From an uncultured Fibrobacterales bacterium (GTDB lineage: Bacteria; Fibrobacterota; Fibrobacteria; Fibrobacterales; CAWVXU01): a stretch of DNA of 21,898 bases. Below, piece by piece: positions 19,552 to 21,898 of this stretch; the stretch's first letter is position 1, and each line of letters starts with the position of its first letter. The notes below the pieces were generated by a model, which saw only the letters and a list, made by a program, of their open reading frames with translations, searched no databases and was not told the origin of the DNA. Location: NCBI GenBank assembly GCA_963934255.1, contig CAWVXU010000041.1, forward strand, positions 1 through 21,898. Direction: 5' to 3'. The translations under genes were made by a program, and so were the position numbers.

Positions 19552-19698
19552 ATGAAGACGGCAATCAACACAGGATTTACAGGCTCAGCTTTTGTCTGTC
19601 TGTTTGCGCCATCCACAATGATGCTCACCAAACATCTGGTCAAGTATATGCATAGGAAAGATGTAAACGGAATATCTCACTTGGTTGATACGAATTAA
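19552..19698 (+). CDS. Putative leader peptide, copy A (48 aa; below the ORF-track cutoff)
   Basis: MKTAINTGFTGSAFVCLFAPSTMMLTKHLVKYMHRKDVNGISHLVDTN. Start and stop are homologous to the ORF at 20536-20727, both indels keep the frame, and a terminator follows 25 nt later. Confidence 0.6.
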   Translation: MKTAINTGFTGSAFVCLFAPSTMMLTKHLVKYMHRKDVNGISHLVDTN

Positions 19699-19723
19699 AT
19701 TCATATCAATACAATTTTGAGAG

Positions 19724-19757
19724 AAGCCCGTTTGCATTTGCGAACGGGCTTTCTTTA
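19724..19757 (+). terminator. Intrinsic terminator/attenuator hairpin, copy A
   Basis: AAGCCCGTTTGC-ATTT-GCGAACGGGCTT (12-bp stem, one G-U), with TTTCTTTA after the GC core. It lies between the short ORF and the AraC gene. Confidence 0.85.
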
Positions 19758-19850
19758 TATCAAATTTTAACCCAATCAAATCAATAGAAAAGGAAAGGAC
19801 AAGCGTGGCAATCTTTTAGCACAAAAGCGCTTTTACAGAAGGAAACAAAA

Positions 19851-20243
19851 ATGAATACCTTACAAGAAATTATACAACGGATCAATTACTCAATAGACTT
19901 TGTTGAGGAAAATATATTTAAACCTGTCAGCTCCATCGAAATGGCGCAAGCAGCTGGGTATTCACTTTTTCATTTTCAACGCATGTTTAAAGACACCACA
20001 GGCATTACCCCTAAAGCTTATTTGAGGGCACGTCGTTTAACTATGGCCGCTCAAGAATTAAGGGGTAGTGATACTGATATCGTTTATATCTCAGAAGACG
20101 CTGGTTTTGGATCTCAAGCTTCTTTTACCAAAGCTTTCAGTAAACAATACGGTATCGCTCCGGCTAAATTTCGTAAATCAGTTGTTCAAGCCAACTGTCG
20201 GGCCGTTTTTATTTCCATTGGTGATTCAAGCTTGGAAAAGTAA
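19851..20243 (+). CDS. AraC-family HTH-only regulator (MarA/SoxS/Rob-like), copy A, with a chimeric C-terminal tail
   Basis: AAGGA SD and double HTH (MAQAAGYSLFHFQRMFK...YLRARRL...GFGSQASFTKAFSKQYGIAPAKFRK). After codon 113 it runs out of frame into the oxyR-derived fragment. Confidence 0.85.
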   Translation: MNTLQEIIQRINYSIDFVEENIFKPVSSIEMAQAAGYSLFHFQRMFKDTTGITPKAYLRARRLTMAAQELRGSDTDIVYISEDAGFGSQASFTKAFSKQYGIAPAKFRKSVVQANCRAVFISIGDSSLEK

Positions 20244-20370
20244 GTCCCCTATGTTGAGTTTTGAATTATTAAAAATGAAAGCAGATGAAATTTTAAGTTT
20301 ATTAAAACGAGGCGAAATTGATTTAGGAATATTGGCATTAGCTCTTCACGAATCATCATTAAAAGAAGAA
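20191..20370 (+). pseudogene. oxyR: Internal 180-bp oxyR fragment
   Basis: Ungapped match to 18497-18676 with 19 differences in 180 nt by hand count. It encodes PTVGPFLFPLVIQAWK...SSLKEE and lacks both the HTH and the redox cysteines. Confidence 0.92.
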
Positions 20371-20535
20371 TCCACAATCCATCAGCTATTTGGTCCTTAT
20401 TTTAACTGCAATACGCAAAATATGACAAAACCCTTGAGGATATTTTTTGTATAATTTGTAAAGAGAGATTCGAGAACCCGATTGGTTCATGAGCTCAAAA
20501 CAAATTTTAAAGAAATATTCTAAAGAAGTATCAAA

Positions 20536-20727
20536 ATGAAGACGGCAATTAACACAGGACTTACGACTCGATTTACAGGCTCAGCTGTAGTCTGTCTGTG
20601 TGCGCTATCTTCAATGATGCTCAAAAGCGTCTCATGGCTAAAGATGGTAATGCTCACCAAACACCTGGTCAAGCATATGGATAGAAAAGACGTAAACGGA
20701 ATATCTCACTTGGTTGTTATGAATTAA
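20536..20727 (+). CDS. Putative leader peptide, copy B (63 aa)
   Basis: Homologous to 19552-19698 with in-frame 12-nt (LTTR) and 33-nt (KSVSWLKMVML) extra segments. Same position relative to the terminator. Confidence 0.62.
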   Translation: MKTAINTGLTTRFTGSAVVCLCALSSMMLKSVSWLKMVMLTKHLVKHMDRKDVNGISHLVVMN

Positions 20728-20752
20728 ATTCATATCAATACAATTTTAAGAG

Positions 20753-20786
20753 AAGCCCGTTTGCATTTGCAAACGGGCTTTCTTTA
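20753..20786 (+). terminator. Intrinsic terminator/attenuator hairpin, copy B
   Basis: AAGCCCGTTTGC-ATTT-GCAAACGGGCTT (perfect 12-bp stem), with TTTCTTTA after the GC core. Confidence 0.87.
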
Positions 20787-20879
20787 TATCAAATTTCAAC
20801 CCAATAAAATCAATAAAAAATGAAAGGACAAGCGTGGTAATCTTTTAACACAAAAGCGCTTTTACAGAAGGAAACAAAA

Positions 20880-21353
20880 ATGAATACCTTAGAAGAAATT
20901 ATACAACGGATCCACTACTCAATAGACTTTGTTGAGGAAAATATATTTAAACCTGTCAGCTCCATTGAAATGGCGCAAGCAGCTGGGTACTCACTTTTTC
21001 ATTTTCAACGCATGTTTAGAGATACCACAGGCATTACGCCTAAAGCTTATTTGAGGGCACGTCGTTTAACTATGGCCGCTCAAGAATTAAGGGGTAGTGA
21101 TACTGATATCATTTATATCTCAGAAGACGCCGGTTTTGAATCACAAGCTTCTTTTACCAAAGCTTTCAGGAAACAATACGGCATCGCTCCGGGTAAATTC
21201 CGTAAATCAGTTGTCCAAGATTTTAACCAAAATCAATCTTGTATTACCTATGCTGATATGAGAGGAAACTTAGAGCAATTTCGTGATGAAAATGGGCCAA
21301 AATCTAGGACATATGGAGTACAATCACACCTAGGATTTGCCGTGGCTGCATAA
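20880..21353 (+). CDS. AraC-family regulator (MarA/SoxS/Rob-like HTH plus 44-aa tail), copy B
   Basis: AAGGA SD. 106 of the first 113 aa are identical to copy A, and the double HTH is complete. Confidence 0.9.
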   Translation: MNTLEEIIQRIHYSIDFVEENIFKPVSSIEMAQAAGYSLFHFQRMFRDTTGITPKAYLRARRLTMAAQELRGSDTDIIYISEDAGFESQASFTKAFRKQYGIAPGKFRKSVVQDFNQNQSCITYADMRGNLEQFRDENGPKSRTYGVQSHLGFAVAA

Positions 21354-21562
21354 AAATTCAAATCTCTCTCCAAGTCGAACGGTTCCATACATATTATACT
21401 GAACGGTAAGACCAAGATAATAGGGGGAATTGAGATGATAAGCTATTGCAAGTTCTGTCCCTGTCGAGACTGTCGAGTTGACATCGACCCAAATGATCCC
21501 TTCTTTGCCCAAGGCAGGAGTCTGTGAATATTCAGATTGTAAAGTCTAGAAATATAGGGCTA

Positions 21563-21844
21563 TTATCGTTCAACATCAAAGCGAACTTGAGCCTTTTTAA
21601 TATCAATGCCCAATTTCAAAAGATGCACTAGACACAAATCTTGAAGTAGGAGTCGGGATTGGGTACTATCAGAGTGCAAATGACTATCAAAGTAACAGAT
21701 AACTTTAAGGGATTGAGGAAACTCTTTATAGTTTACCTTATGAGTCAACCATTGAAATCCATCAGCACTGCTTTTGGCAATCTCACAAACGTCTGTGAGG
21801 TTTTGAATAATACTACGTTCAAGTTTTTTTTCAGATTTTGTCAT
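21563..21844 (-). CDS. Conserved hypothetical protein (family often labelled 'Fis family transcriptional regulator' in Gammaproteobacteria)
   Basis: From memory, the K-x-E-K-K-L-E...L-T-D-V-C-E...G-F-Q-W-L-T-H-x-V-N-Y-x-x-F-P-x-S-L-x-V-x-C-x-F-D pattern matches that family. No Fis HTH is visible. Confidence 0.7.
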   Translation of the reverse strand: MTKSEKKLERSIIQNLTDVCEIAKSSADGFQWLTHKVNYKEFPQSLKVICYFDSHLHSDSTQSRLLLQDLCLVHLLKLGIDIKKAQVRFDVER

Positions 21845-21898
21845 AGAGATAAAGGTAGAGATTAATTTGAAACTGAGGGAAGATTTAATTTAAAGGCA

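Larger units (their letters stand above)
18497..20190 (+). repeat. Tandem duplication unit A (oxyR internal part through the AraC HTH)
   Basis: Collinear blocks match unit B: 18497-18676 with 20191-20370, 19266-19298 with 20377-20409 (32/33), and 19446-20190 with 20431-21219. Confidence 0.9.
20191..21219 (+). repeat. Tandem duplication unit B
   Basis: Begins immediately where unit A ends and has the same order of blocks. It lacks the 3' part of oxyR and parts of the intergenic region. Confidence 0.9.

Noticed and set aside
19585..19779. 64-aa minus-strand ORF across leader A and its terminator (possible antisense gene)
   Set aside because: It runs through the terminator hairpin and has no equivalent in the ORF track for copy B. 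The plus-strand ORF is the one conserved in both copies.
20068..20454. 128-aa ORF containing OxyR-like sequence
   Set aside because: It is a chimera of an alternative frame of araC-A, the oxyR fragment and intergenic DNA. It has no HTH, no redox Cys pair and no clear SD, so it is reported as a pseudogene fragment instead.
18497..21219. Mobile element or diversity-generating retroelement (template/variable repeat) as the cause of the repeats
   Set aside because: There is no transposase, integrase or reverse transcriptase in the window and no terminal inverted repeats, and the substitutions are not confined to adenines.

Overview
AT-rich bacterial chromosomal window. Clear Shine-Dalgarno sites precede several genes, but the taxon cannot be determined from the sequence alone. 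From left to right it holds the 3' end of a TonB-dependent receptor, tonB, an AraC regulator, nth, a hypothetical gene, mutM, a degenerate receiver/Fis-HTH protein, an alpha-2-macroglobulin-pbpC pair, an AlkC-like glycosylase, a DUF3817 protein, a CBM11-like/polysaccharide deacetylase lipoprotein, a membrane DUF3293-like protein and oxyR. The unusual part is 18.5-21.3 kb, a diverged tandem duplication (about 89-95% identical by hand count) of oxyR, an intergenic region, a short ORF, a terminator and an HTH-only AraC (MarA/SoxS/Rob-like) gene. In both copies the short ORF (48 and 63 aa; both indels keep the frame) overlaps a long hairpin that has the ORF stop codon as its loop. That hairpin is mutually exclusive with the downstream intrinsic terminator. 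This looks like an unannotated ribosome-dependent attenuator controlling the AraC activator. The two copies differ in their upstream promoter and operator segments. All pairings and identities were worked out by eye, not computed.
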